DNA from: Flectonema sp. DT1601
Lineage: Eukaryota
Length of the DNA: 64,000 nucleotides
Direction: 5' to 3'
Assembly (NCBI GenBank): GCA_964019425.1
Contig: OZ025793.1
Location: forward strand, 434,001-498,000
In this document: positions 11,524 to 23,080 of the stretch, one piece after another
Layout of the letters: each line of letters begins with the position of its first letter
How positions within the stretch are numbered: the stretch's first letter is position 1
The notes under the pieces: generated by a model
What the model was told of the DNA's origin: nothing
The model's database searches: none
What the model saw: only the letters and a program-made list of their open reading frames with translations
Made by a program: the position numbers and the translations under genes

Positions 11524-12163
11524 TTAGCTCTCGTTGAAGTCACACAAGGTAAGGAAAGCAACGTGTCTACACGCCAGCTTGGAATATCTTGTTGTGTTGT
11601 TTGATTGTTATTCTTCATTTGTTTTATTGTTTTATTATTATATTTCCATTCTTTCCTTTGGGGAAGTCTGAAAAGACGTGTGTTGTTTTGTTTCTCTCTC
11701 TCCCTTTAGCAGCAATGATAATTGTGTTTGTGATCTCATTGTGTAGATCACGTTATCACTCCGTTTTGACTCAAATGAGTTACAAAGTAAGTATTGGGTA
11801 TTCATCCTATTTGAGAGCTGCTATTGTCTTTCTCTCTCTTTTCTGTTATTTTGAAACCAGCGTGCTTTTTGAGTTCATTCATTCCTTTTGGATGAATGAA
11901 AACCAAACCTTTTGAGTTGTTAGCCGCAGTTTGTTGTCTGTTGGTGAGCATCACTCTAGTTCTTACTTTAAGAGTAATGAAATTAATTCCTTTTGTATTC
12001 TGACGACATCAAAAGTTAGTAACCTTCCCTCTTCAAAACAGAACTCAGTTCAGACACTCGACAAGAAAATGAATTATTGTTAGGTAAACATTTTATTATA
12101 AATTAAAACTCTTTTCATTTACAGACACTTCCTAGTTACATCCACCACCCGAATTATAAAAAT

Positions 12164-13126
12164 ATGAAGACCGCCGCCGCCCTCGCTCTCATCGCGTCCG
12201 CTTCATCCCTTCCGTTGGACTACATCAACAACAATGAAGCACTTCTTTGGAAGAACTTCAAGGAGTCATACAACAAGAAGTACAGTGGAGTTGATGAACC
12301 AAAGAGAAGAACCATCTTCATGGAGAACATGAGAAAGGGATCTTCGTTGGAGAAGTCGAACCCTGGATGTGAATTTGGAATGAACATCTACACTGACTTG
12401 TCGAGTGAGGAATTCAAAGTTTACCACAACCTGAACATGCCAGTCGAGGAGAGCCCTGCTCGCAAGTACACTGCGGCTGATGTTGAGGCCAACGTCGATG
12501 CGGTGGACTGGAGAACCAAGGGAGCAGTGACCCAAGTGAAGAACCAGGCACAGTGTGGATCTTGTTGGTCGTTCTCGACTACCGGAGGTATCGAAGGACA
12601 GTGGAAACTTGCAGGTCACGACCTCGTTTCACTGTCAGAGCAGGAGTTGGTATCATGTGACAAGACTGATGCTGGATGTGGAGGAGGATGGCAATACCAA
12701 GCCATGCAGTGGTTACTCGACAACCACAGTGGTGGTATTGTTACTGAGGAAGAGTACCCATACACCTCTGGAGGAGGAAGTGTTGCGGCGTGCAAGGACG
12801 TTTCGTCGATGAAGGTCGGAGCCACGATCAAGGGATACAAGAAGCTCGCTCACAGTGAGGATGAGATGGCTGTTTTCGTTGGTAAGAACGGACCTCTGTC
12901 GATTGCCCTTGACGCGAGCTCGTTCCAGACCTACACTGGAGGAATCCTGTCAAACTGTGATGGAAAGACCCTCGACCACGCTGTCTTGATTGTTGGATAT
13001 GCTCCAGGATACTGGATCGTAAAGAACTCTTGGGGAGCAAACTGGGGAGAGAGTGGATACATCAGAATCGCTAGAGGAAGCAACCAGTGTGGACTTGACC
13101 TCGCCCCAGTTACTTCAGAAATCTAA
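12164..13126 (+). CDS. C1A cysteine protease, copy 4
   Basis: Identical protein. Confidence 0.97.
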   Translation: MKTAAALALIASASSLPLDYINNNEALLWKNFKESYNKKYSGVDEPKRRTIFMENMRKGSSLEKSNPGCEFGMNIYTDLSSEEFKVYHNLNMPVEESPARKYTAADVEANVDAVDWRTKGAVTQVKNQAQCGSCWSFSTTGGIEGQWKLAGHDLVSLSEQELVSCDKTDAGCGGGWQYQAMQWLLDNHSGGIVTEEEYPYTSGGGSVAACKDVSSMKVGATIKGYKKLAHSEDEMAVFVGKNGPLSIALDASSFQTYTGGILSNCDGKTLDHAVLIVGYAPGYWIVKNSWGANWGESGYIRIARGSNQCGLDLAPVTSEI

Positions 13127-13766
13127 TTAGCTCTCGTTGAAGTCACACAAGGTAAGGAAAGCAACGTGTCTACACGCCAGCTTGGAATATCTTGTTGTGT
13201 TGTTTGATTGTTATTCTTCATTTGTTTTATTGTTTTATTATTATATTTCCATTCTTTCCTTTGGGGAAGTCTGAAAAGACGTGTGTTGTTTTGTTTCTCT
13301 CTCTCCCTTTAGCAGCAATGATAATTGTGTTTGTGATCTCATTGTGTAGATCACGTTATCACTCCGTTTTGACTCAAATGAGTTACAAAGTAAGTATTGG
13401 GTATTCATCCTATTTGAGAGCTGCTATTGTCTTTCTCTCTCTTTTCTGTTATTTTGAAACCAGCGTGCTTTTTGAGTTCATTCATTCCTTTTGGATGAAT
13501 GAAAACCAAACCTTTTGAGTTGTTAGCCGCAGTTTGTTGTCTGTTGGTGAGCATCACTCTAGTTCTTACTTTAAGAGTAATGAAATTAATTCCTTTTGTA
13601 TTCTGACGACATCAAAAGTTAGTAACCTTCCCTCTTCAAAACAGAACTCAGTTCAGACACTCGACAAGAAAATGAATTATTGTTAGGTAAACATTTTATT
13701 ATAAATTAAAACTCTTTTCATTTACAGACACTTCCTAGTTACATCCACCACCCGAATTATAAAAAT

Positions 13767-14729
13767 ATGAAGACCGCCGCCGCCCTCGCTCTCATCGCGT
13801 CCGCTTCATCCCTTCCGTTGGACTACATCAACAACAATGAAGCACTTCTTTGGAAGAACTTCAAGGAGTCATACAACAAGAAGTACAGTGGAGTTGATGA
13901 ACCAAAGAGAAGAACCATCTTCATGGAGAACATGAGAAAGGGATCTTCGTTGGAGAAGTCGAACCCTGGATGTGAATTTGGAATGAACATCTACACTGAC
14001 TTGTCGAGTGAGGAATTCAAAGTTTACCACAACCTGAACATGCCAGTCGAGGAGAGCCCTGCTCGCAAGTACACTGCGGCTGATGTTGAGGCCAACGTCG
14101 ATGCGGTGGACTGGAGAACCAAGGGAGCAGTGACCCAAGTGAAGAACCAGGCACAGTGTGGATCTTGTTGGTCGTTCTCGACTACCGGAGGTATCGAAGG
14201 ACAGTGGAAACTTGCAGGTCACGACCTCGTTTCACTGTCAGAGCAGGAGTTGGTATCATGTGACAAGACTGATGCCGGATGTGGAGGAGGATGGCAATAC
14301 CAAGCCATGCAGTGGTTACTCGACAACCACAGTGGTGGTATTGTTACTGAGGAAGAGTACCCATACACCTCTGGAGGAGGAAGTGTTGCGGCGTGCAAGG
14401 ACGTTTCGTCGATGAAGGTCGGAGCCACGATCAAGGGATACAAGAAGCTCGCTCACAGTGAGGATGAGATGGCTGTTTTCGTTGGTAAGAACGGACCTCT
14501 GTCGATTGCCCTTGACGCGAGCTCGTTCCAGACCTACACTGGAGGAATCCTGTCAAACTGTGATGGAAAGACCCTCGACCACGCTGTCTTGATTGTTGGA
14601 TATGCTCCAGGATACTGGATCGTAAAGAACTCTTGGGGAGCAAACTGGGGAGAGAGTGGATACATCAGAATCGCTAGAGGAAGCAACCAGTGTGGACTTG
14701 ACCTCGCCCCAGTTACTTCAGAAATCTAA
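13767..14729 (+). CDS. C1A cysteine protease, copy 5
   Basis: Identical protein; silent T>C at 14276. Confidence 0.97.
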   Translation: MKTAAALALIASASSLPLDYINNNEALLWKNFKESYNKKYSGVDEPKRRTIFMENMRKGSSLEKSNPGCEFGMNIYTDLSSEEFKVYHNLNMPVEESPARKYTAADVEANVDAVDWRTKGAVTQVKNQAQCGSCWSFSTTGGIEGQWKLAGHDLVSLSEQELVSCDKTDAGCGGGWQYQAMQWLLDNHSGGIVTEEEYPYTSGGGSVAACKDVSSMKVGATIKGYKKLAHSEDEMAVFVGKNGPLSIALDASSFQTYTGGILSNCDGKTLDHAVLIVGYAPGYWIVKNSWGANWGESGYIRIARGSNQCGLDLAPVTSEI

Positions 14730-15369
14730 TTAGCTCTCGTTGAAGTCACACAAGGTAAGGAAAGCAACGTGTCTACACGCCAGCTTGGAATATCTTGTTG
14801 TGTTGTTTGATTGTTATTCTTCATTTGTTTTATTGTTTTATTATTATATTTCCATTCTTTCCTTTGGGGAAGTCTGAAAAGACGTGTGTTGTTTTGTTTC
14901 TCTCTCTCCCTTTAGCAGCAATGATAATTGTGTTTGTGATCTCATTGTGTAGATCACGTTATCACTCCGTTTTGACTCAAATGAGTTACAAAGTAAGTAT
15001 TGGGTATTCATCCTATTTGAGAGCTGCTATTGTCTTTCTCTCTCTTTTCTGTTATTTTGAAACCAGCGTGCTTTTTGAGTTCATTCATTCCTTTTGGATG
15101 AATGAAAACCAAACCTTTTGAGTTGTTAGCCGCAGTTTGTTGTCTGTTGGTGAGCATCACTCTAGTTCTTACTTTAAGAGTAATGAAATTAATTCCTTTT
15201 GTATTCTGACGACATCAAAAGTTAGTAACCTTCCCTCTTCAAAACAGAACTCAGTTCAGACACTCGACAAGAAAATGAATTATTGTTAGGTAAACATTTT
15301 ATTATAAATTAAAACTCTTTTCATTTACAGACACTTCCTAGTTACATCCACCACCCGAATTATAAAAAT

Positions 15370-16146
15370 ATGAAGACCGCCGCCGCCCTCGCTCTCATCG
15401 CGTCCGCTTCATCCCTTCCGTTGGACTACATCAACAACAATGAAGCACTTCTTTGGAAGAACTTCAAGGAGTCATACAACAAGAAGTACAGTGGAGTTGA
15501 TGAACCAAAGAGAAGAACCATCTTCATGGAGAACATGAGAAAGGGATCTTCGTTGGAGAAGTCGAACCCTGGATGTGAATTTGGAATGAACATCTACACT
15601 GACTTGTCGAGTGAGGAATTCAAAGTTTACCACAACCTGAACATGCCAGTCGAGGAGAGCCCTGCTCGCAAGTACACTGCGGCTGATGTTGAGGCCAACG
15701 TCGATGCGGTGGACTGGAGAACCAAGGGAGCAGTGACCCAAGTGAAGAACCAGGCACAGTGTGGATCTTGTTGGTCGTTCTCGACTACCGGAGGTATCGA
15801 AGGACAGTGGAAACTTGCACAAAGAAGATCGATAAACGCAAAGGGAATAATGATGGCTTCAAACTTGAGTCAATTAGGTGACAAGTTAGATATGAACCGT
15901 AATGTGGCGAACTCTCGTATTTCAGTAGAACAGGAAAAGTCGAAAAAATCTCATTCGGATAAGAAACTCGTTCAACAACAGATTGATGCCTTGAGAGAAG
16001 GACGTGATCGTCGGTTGGCACCCTTGCGAGAGAAATTAGCAATGGCTGAGGCACAGCAGCAACAAGCTCAGAAGCAATCTCAAGAACTTGCCGAAGAGTT
16101 AGCTGCTCTCCAAATTCAAGTAATGCAAATGGAAACATCGAAATAA
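15370..16146 (+). CDS. Chimeric ORF: truncated protease copy 6 (aa 1-150) fused in frame to a 108-aa coiled coil
   Basis: Identity to the array stops at 15819 (AAACTTGCA|CAAAGAAG); catalytic His and Asn are absent. Confidence 0.6.
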   Translation: MKTAAALALIASASSLPLDYINNNEALLWKNFKESYNKKYSGVDEPKRRTIFMENMRKGSSLEKSNPGCEFGMNIYTDLSSEEFKVYHNLNMPVEESPARKYTAADVEANVDAVDWRTKGAVTQVKNQAQCGSCWSFSTTGGIEGQWKLAQRRSINAKGIMMASNLSQLGDKLDMNRNVANSRISVEQEKSKKSHSDKKLVQQQIDALREGRDRRLAPLREKLAMAEAQQQQAQKQSQELAEELAALQIQVMQMETSK

Positions 16147-16338
16147 TGTTTCCTTTCATTTATGAGAGAAAATTCATCACAAAGTGAATTCTCTGTTTGA
16201 TATTTATATTACTCTTGTACTCTCTCTTAGCTAGTCATACCCCTCCTTTACAGGTTGAGATTGTGAACGCTGGTTTATATTTTTAAAAAAAAAAAGGAAT
16301 TATTTTTATTTTATTGACAGGAATCCACGACTACTACA

Positions 16339-17619
16339 ATGCCTGACTTAGAGTTAGGGACCATTGTTGCAGCGAATAGTACTCCTGAGGAACCTCTCGG
16401 TGTGATTTCTAATGTGTCAGACTCGAAGGTAGATGTTCAGTTATATCATGGTGGTGAGACTGAGAGGTTTGTTATTTTTTACTTTGCCTTCTACTTGTTA
16501 ACCGAAAAAAAGAAAAAAAAAAAAAAAAACCAACAAACAAACAGCTTTGACTCCGCGGAAGTAACTCCAATACTGGCTTACTACATGGCAAAAGGATGGG
16601 GTGAAGGCGAGTATGTTATTATGCAATCAGTTCCAGTAAGAAAGTGTAAAAAACAAAACAACACAAAACAAAACAGTGAGAGAATATGTAACGTTCGATC
16701 AGAACCAAGAATCGATTCAAAGAAAATGGGAGTCATGGAAGACGGTGACGTGAAAGCAGTAACTCACGAACACGTAACAACAGGTTATTTAAAATTAGAA
16801 ACTGGAGGATGGGTTAAGAAGGTCGGCATATTCCACGGAAAGTGGATCCTCATCGACAGACAAAAGAGAACACAAGACTCAGTTGCAGAGAAAGCAGCTC
16901 AGATGAAGAAAGCTCTTCTAAGTGGTGTTGATATAGACTCAGCGTTGTTTGCTGTGATGGATGGTGATGCTGTATTAGATAAGAATGAAGAAGGTGACTC
17001 ACCGAGTAATATAAACTCAAGGAGGGAATCAGCATCATCAATAAGAAGAGCTTCCGTAATAACTCCTATTTTTAAAGAGGAAGATGTTACACTTGAGCAG
17101 CCAACTATTATTCAAAAATCAAACTCCACAACACACACTGTCAATACTGCAGGTTCTTCACAATCAACTCCACTAACGCCACCTCCACCTGGTGGAGAAG
17201 TAGTTGGAAAGAGTCTTGAAGATCAGTTGCAGCAACATGCGACTGCGTGGACACCTCCTCCATCATCACCTTCGAGGGGTAAGAAGAAGAAGAAGCGCTC
17301 TAGCGATTCTTCAATCAGCACACCTGTTACTTCGTCGTGTCTCTCCCCACAACCAATTTCATCTCCTTCTCAGAAGTTTAATTTAGACCCTGAAATTAGA
17401 GAATGGCTCAAAGAGAATAAGATTTATGGATTTGCTCATCTCTTCTCTCAACATGAAGTTGATTATGAAGTGTTGCCTACTCTAACTTATTCAGATTTAG
17501 TTGAGATGAGTCTACCGGCAAATGTTTGTCGTACCGTGATGGCAATAATTGGACGTAAACCTAGAGGTAAAGCTCCGAGACAGCGATCACCAATCCGTCG
17601 TCCACGGTATGGCAGTTAG
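16339..17619 (+). CDS. Protein with SH3-like segment and C-terminal SAM domain; probable introns 16467-16544 and 16611-16676
   Basis: SAM-like 'IREWLKENKIYGFAHLFSQHEVDYEVLPTLTYSDLVEMSL'; SH3b-like 'NVRSEPRIDSKKMG...GYLKLETGGWV'; two GT..CAG low-complexity inserts of 78 and 66 nt. Confidence 0.8.
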   Translation: MPDLELGTIVAANSTPEEPLGVISNVSDSKVDVQLYHGGETERFVIFYFAFYLLTEKKKKKKKNQQTNSFDSAEVTPILAYYMAKGWGEGEYVIMQSVPVRKCKKQNNTKQNSERICNVRSEPRIDSKKMGVMEDGDVKAVTHEHVTTGYLKLETGGWVKKVGIFHGKWILIDRQKRTQDSVAEKAAQMKKALLSGVDIDSALFAVMDGDAVLDKNEEGDSPSNINSRRESASSIRRASVITPIFKEEDVTLEQPTIIQKSNSTTHTVNTAGSSQSTPLTPPPPGGEVVGKSLEDQLQQHATAWTPPPSSPSRGKKKKKRSSDSSISTPVTSSCLSPQPISSPSQKFNLDPEIREWLKENKIYGFAHLFSQHEVDYEVLPTLTYSDLVEMSLPANVCRTVMAIIGRKPRGKAPRQRSPIRRPRYGS

Positions 17620-18261
17620 TCATTATGATTAATGAAGATAGTAAATCCCATTAAGATGACTTGTTGTAGTCAAATGGACTACTTCGTCTCCGAGTTATTA
17701 AGTTTTGTCTTATTGGACGCTGTGAAGGTTCCGTCTGTTTGCGAATCCAGGATTGGGTGGACCTTTTTGTTTTTGATTACAGTAGTCGCAATACGGACAT
17801 GGCAGGTTAATTTACTGATTCCATACTTGGTTTCTCTTTTTTTTTTTTTTTCCAGAATTTTCAGAGCAGTTTTTTTTTTTTTTTTTTTTGTTTTTTTTTG
17901 ATGTTGGTTTTTTTTTTTCTGGTTTTTTTTTCTGGTCTGGATAAGTAGTTATTTTATTTTAGCTCGCATCCTTCTGACTAATACCTGAAAGCATTGCCTC
18001 TTCTTTCGTGACTTCACAAGTCAATATGGTTTCCTTATCTTAAAATCCTTATAATACCTTTTTTTCTTTTTTTTTTTCTTTGTCTACTTTTTCCCCTTCC
18101 TCTTCTCTTCTTGTTCCCAGTGCGATAATAAACAAATAAGAAGAGGGAGCAAATAAAAAAAAGAAATTCAGTTTTACAATAATTCATAATATTAATAGGT
18201 GGTTCAGGCATGGGGCTGTTTGATTCGCTTTGTCTTCCCTGGTTTGCGGTTCACCGCAGAG

Positions 18262-18296
<35 letters not shown>

Positions 18297-18893
18297 GTTC
18301 TCAATCTCCTCCTGGTGTACTTTTGTTGGGTGTGGAAAAGTCACTCAGCTCTCCTCATCTGCAATCTCGCCGCTCTTAATTCGTTCGGTGTTTTTTTTTT
18401 TTTTTTTTTAATTTTTAATTGTGTGTAACAATAACACTATATACTACGCATCCTGAAAAACAGAGTCAGGGCTTGCTGTGTGTTCTGGGAGACAATAAAT
18501 GATATTCTTCATTCTCTTTCGTCTATGAGAAGATCCATGATAAGCTGATTTATTTTAGAGGGGAGAAAAGAAAAAAAGTGAAAAAAAAACTACCCCAACA
18601 AAGTAATTCTCTGGCATCAGTTTCCGAGTTATTGTACCAAGAGCCTTGTTTTACCATCGAACTATCGTTTAAGAAAAAAAAAGGAAGGAAAAAAACAAAA
18701 AAAAACCAAGAGGGAAAAAAAAAAAAAAACAAAAAAAAAAAAAAAAAAAAAGTATACCACGAACAAAGAATACGCAACGACTAAAGTCTTATTAAAACAA
18801 TGAACTTAAAGATTATTATTATTTTATATTTTATATTATCTCAAACCCACACAGGTTATAAATAACAGTTATGATTTTTTTCTATATTATCTA

Positions 18894-21197
18894 ATGAAAA
18901 AGTTAGAATCAGAAGAAGAATGTCAACGAAACATTATTACTCTCAGAGAGAGAGTAAGTTTTACAGTTTATAGAGTTGAGCAACAATCTGCTGATAGGAA
19001 TGTTGTTACAATTCCGTTACTAAGTAAGGCATTCAGGCCATCGACTGCACCAGTTAGATTATTACCAAATGAAACACAATGTAGTAGTGTTGTAGTCGAT
19101 AGTGGTGGTAATGTTGTTCGTCTTCAACAAGTAAAGAGAGCGAGGTCTGCAGGAAGGAGAGATCCATTCAGCGTAGCAGAAACCCACCAAGAACGTTTTT
19201 TAATAATGTCACCCCCAACAACTGTTGAGAGAACTGAACAAAATCTTGAACTGATCCAGTTTTTAAAGAGAGCACCTGACTGCGACAAACCCCCTACTTC
19301 AAGGCTTACTTGGTCTAGATACCGCTTTGCTCCTCGTTGGGCTGAGATTCCACCAAAAGAATTGATCTTGACTGAAGAACAAGTTTATCAAGCCAGAATA
19401 ATAAAAACCCAACTAACGTCTCTTTTCTACAAAGCATCACAAGAAGTCGCAAATCTAACGACAATCTTCTTAAAAGATTCCAACAAGTTGATAACACAAC
19501 ACAGAAGTCATCTTCGACACGCCGCATCAATCACAATTCAAAAAAATATAAAAAGAAGAATTGCTGTAGTGATGTATAATAGGAAAACGATTGCCAGACA
19601 TGTATGCAGTCGAGTAGCTCATGGATACAGAAGTAGGCGTTTAGTTGCGAAACTAAAAATGAGGTGTCAGGGAAATGCTGCTTTTGACGTTCTGTTTAGG
19701 GTTTCAAAAGGTTATGTTGACAGGAGTTCTGTATGCGAATTATTCAAACAAAAACAACAACGGAAAGTTATCTTTAATAGAATTGTTATTGTTCAGGCTT
19801 TCGCGAGATCACATGCAGACCAAGTAAGATGCCTCCTCATGAGACAGAAGAATACATCAGCAGCTGTGATTCAACGCTCCTACAGGTCATATCTGTCTCG
19901 TCTATTACTAACAAGTAAACGAGAACAACATCAAGAACAAGAATCAAAGTCGCTAACAACAAAGTTATTTCGTATGGATATGAGAATACTTGAAAACCAC
20001 GAACGCTATAGCATTGAAAATGACTTCCTGCTGACGCTCAGGATTCTGTCTCAAAGTTACTTTGCAGTTGTTGATTTGGTTGGTCAAATTTTGATTTTAA
20101 AGAAACCTTTTCAACAAATAAACGAAATTCCAACAACTATTCTCCAACATCGATGTGGGAGACTCCACTTAGAAGTTCAGGAAGAAATTTCATATCAAAA
20201 GTTATTCAGTCAGAAATTAACGTTGAGATGGAAATGTCGAACACTTCCAAAAGAAGCAACCCGACATCACCTGGTCACACATTGCAGACCTGCTGAAGAA
20301 CTTTTACAGAGATTAAAACATCTACACGTCTCAAATCGACCTGTTCTTAAAACTGTTAGCAGCTCACTTGAACTTTCATGTGCGTCTGTTAATCTGAAAA
20401 ATAGAAAATCACTAGTTGACTTGATGAGTGATCAAGAGAGGAGGAATGACAACACGAATCCAGTATTATTATCGTCTGGTGACATGTCTCTACAGAGATC
20501 AGAAATGGATATCACTGGTGAGGAAATTTCTGAAAAACAAATTTATGAAAAAAGAATAGCTGCTGCGACGGCAATACAAACAACATATCGAACTCATCTT
20601 GCGAGAAACTTGTATCAATGTAAAGTTATTGCCGCTGATTCAAAAAAGCAAATCGTTATAATGCATGTGAAAATTCTTCAACAACATGGAAGGGCATTTA
20701 TATGCAGGCAGTCATTGCCATTAAAAATAAAAATAAAAAAAATGAATGAAATGACGATAAGTCGATCAAAAGCAGCTACAAAAATTCAGAAATGGTGGTC
20801 ACGTAAAGTAATGTTAGTAGTGAACCCAGACAGCTTGCAATTTCTATCTCAGAGATGTCAGTTTTTACAACGAAAGCAACTAATAAGAGAACACTTTGCA
20901 TCTCATTTTAATTTAGAAATCTTTTTATTAAGAGAGTTGTGGGTCATTGCTTCTCCTTATATAAAAATAATTTCAAAACTAGTTTTATCTTTTCATCGTC
21001 GTTCACTAATTGCAAATAGACAACAGCAACGATACTACCTCAGTCAGAGACACTCATGTCCAACTTTTTTAAAACTATTTAAAAATGAGTATCGAGAGAG
21101 AGAGAGTATTACTTCTGCAGCCGGGTACCAAATAGACCGAATTAATCAACTAATCGTTCACACTGATGATCGCTACAGCTCAATCTTATTGCGGTGA
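18894..21197 (+). CDS. IQ-motif (calmodulin-binding) repeat protein, 767 aa
   Basis: Several IQ-like motifs: AAVIQRSYRSYLSR, ATAIQTTYRTHLAR, ATKIQKWWSR, SITIQKNIKR. Confidence 0.85.
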   Translation: MKKLESEEECQRNIITLRERVSFTVYRVEQQSADRNVVTIPLLSKAFRPSTAPVRLLPNETQCSSVVVDSGGNVVRLQQVKRARSAGRRDPFSVAETHQERFLIMSPPTTVERTEQNLELIQFLKRAPDCDKPPTSRLTWSRYRFAPRWAEIPPKELILTEEQVYQARIIKTQLTSLFYKASQEVANLTTIFLKDSNKLITQHRSHLRHAASITIQKNIKRRIAVVMYNRKTIARHVCSRVAHGYRSRRLVAKLKMRCQGNAAFDVLFRVSKGYVDRSSVCELFKQKQQRKVIFNRIVIVQAFARSHADQVRCLLMRQKNTSAAVIQRSYRSYLSRLLLTSKREQHQEQESKSLTTKLFRMDMRILENHERYSIENDFLLTLRILSQSYFAVVDLVGQILILKKPFQQINEIPTTILQHRCGRLHLEVQEEISYQKLFSQKLTLRWKCRTLPKEATRHHLVTHCRPAEELLQRLKHLHVSNRPVLKTVSSSLELSCASVNLKNRKSLVDLMSDQERRNDNTNPVLLSSGDMSLQRSEMDITGEEISEKQIYEKRIAAATAIQTTYRTHLARNLYQCKVIAADSKKQIVIMHVKILQQHGRAFICRQSLPLKIKIKKMNEMTISRSKAATKIQKWWSRKVMLVVNPDSLQFLSQRCQFLQRKQLIREHFASHFNLEIFLLRELWVIASPYIKIISKLVLSFHRRSLIANRQQQRYYLSQRHSCPTFLKLFKNEYRERESITSAAGYQIDRINQLIVHTDDRYSSILLR

Positions 21198-21237
21198 TGT
21201 TCGAAGTGTTTGCCTTTACAGGTAATCTGTAAGTTAC

Positions 21238-21281
<44 letters not shown>

Positions 21282-21350
21282 TTTGTTTCCAAAAAATTAC
21301 AATAATTTTTTTTTTTTTTTTTTTCCAGAAAATTTCAATCAGCAAATAAA

Positions 21351-22494
21351 ATGGGTAAGCGTTGTTTCTTTGACATAGCCATCGGTGATTCCGAGTCTGG
21401 CAGAATAGTTTTTGAGATGTTTGATTCTGACGCTCCAAGAACATGTGAGAACTTTAGAGCATTATGCACAGGTGAGAAAGGTTGTATTCCTGAACACGAG
21501 GAATGGCCTATGCATTACAAAGGATCAAAATTCCACAGAGTAATCCCTGGATTCATGTGTCAGGGTGGTGACTTTACCGTAGGTGACGGTACTGGTGGAT
21601 GGAGTATCTTTGGTGATAAGTTCGACGACGAGCCATTCGTTAACAGCCACTCTCGGGCAGGTCTGTTGTCGATGGCGAATGCTGGTCCAAACACTAACTC
21701 ATCGCAGTTCTTTGTAACCACTCAAGATGCTCCTCATCTTAACGGTAAACACGTTGTCTTTGGAAAGGTTCTCAAGGGAATGAACGTATTACGTAAAATC
21801 GAAGGTACCCCAACCGGAAAGTTCGACACTCCCGAAAAAGATGTCGTAATCTCTAACTGTGGTGTCTTAGAGGAAGGTGAAGATGATGGTGTTCAAGTCG
21901 ACAAGTCTGATCAGTACGAAGATTATCCACAAGACAGTGGTGTCGCAATGACTGATGCTGAAAAACTTAAGGCTGCAGAGACTATTAAGGGTCTTGGTAA
22001 TGAATTCTTTAAAAACAAAGATTTCCCAATGGCCATTGAAAAATACAGCAAATCCATTCGGTACTTAACTTCATTGGTACCAAGTGAAGATAACAAACAA
22101 GACATTCTCAAGGCTCGTATTGCTTGTTGCTCGAACATGTCTATTTGCTGTTTGAAGATAAACAAACCGCAAGAAGCAAAGGCTGCGACTGCTGAAGGTC
22201 TTAAATTGGAAGGACCAGATTGCAAAAACACGAAATTGATATTCCGTCACGCAAGTGCTCTCTTTGAACTTGGTAAGTACGATGAGGCCAAGGAATACGC
22301 CACCAAGGTATGTATTTATTAACGTCAACCCCATGAAATGAATCTATTAAATAATCTTAATCAAAAAACAGGCACGTGAATTGTCACCTGAAGACAGCGG
22401 ACCAAAGGACTTGTTGGCCAAAATCACCCAAAAAGCAGCATCCCAAAAATCGAAGCAATCGAAGGCACTTCGTAAGTGGCTTGCAAACGAGTAA
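21351..22494 (+). CDS. CYP40: Cyclophilin-40 (PPIase + TPR); exons 21351-22307 and 22372-22494
   Basis: [41 protein letters not shown], then TPRs (KGLGNEFFK...); intron GTATGT...AAAACAG restores the last TPR helices. Confidence 0.95.
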
Positions 22495-23080
22495 GATTTG
22501 GGGCGAGCTTGGTCCTTTTTATTTTCATTAAAAAAAAAAAAAAATAATTCCCCCTGGTTAGGATGCCCAGTTGGAGGCTATCAACCTTCCCAACCCCAAA
22601 TGGTACCCACACAATACATTTTAATAATACGACAACCCTAACAGACTGATTTACAGGGAATTCAATTGTGGAGTTTTTTGTGACTTTCTCGCCACTGCAG
22701 CGGACCGATACTTAAGCATTGAGACTGTTGTCTCGTAATGCCCGGAAAAAAAGGATTGGTTAGCCTTCTGTGTCAAGCCGCATGTCGCTTTCATCACAGC
22801 GGTTGCTCAGTTCCCTCTAACCCACCACATAGATCTTATTGTAGTGTTCCCACCTCGTTTGGTTTTTTTTAATTTTTTTAAAAATGCCTTGCCTCATATG
22901 ATCACACCTATTCAAAGGTGGTACCAAGTCAGTAAAGTGTAATACCCATCTCTTTGATTGGTTATATTTATTTATGGTTGTTTTTTTGTGATATTTTTTT
23001 TTTTCATTCCTGTCTGTTATATTATTTTAATTCATCATTTTTCTTTCTGTTTTTTTCCCAACAGAAACATAGCAAACAAC

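Larger units (their letters stand above)
7355..15819 (+). repeat. Tandem array, 1603-bp unit, ~5.3 copies, each holding a cysteine protease gene
   Basis: ATGs at 7355, 8958, 10561, 12164, 13767, 15370 (exact 1603 spacing); spacers appear identical. Confidence 0.98.
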
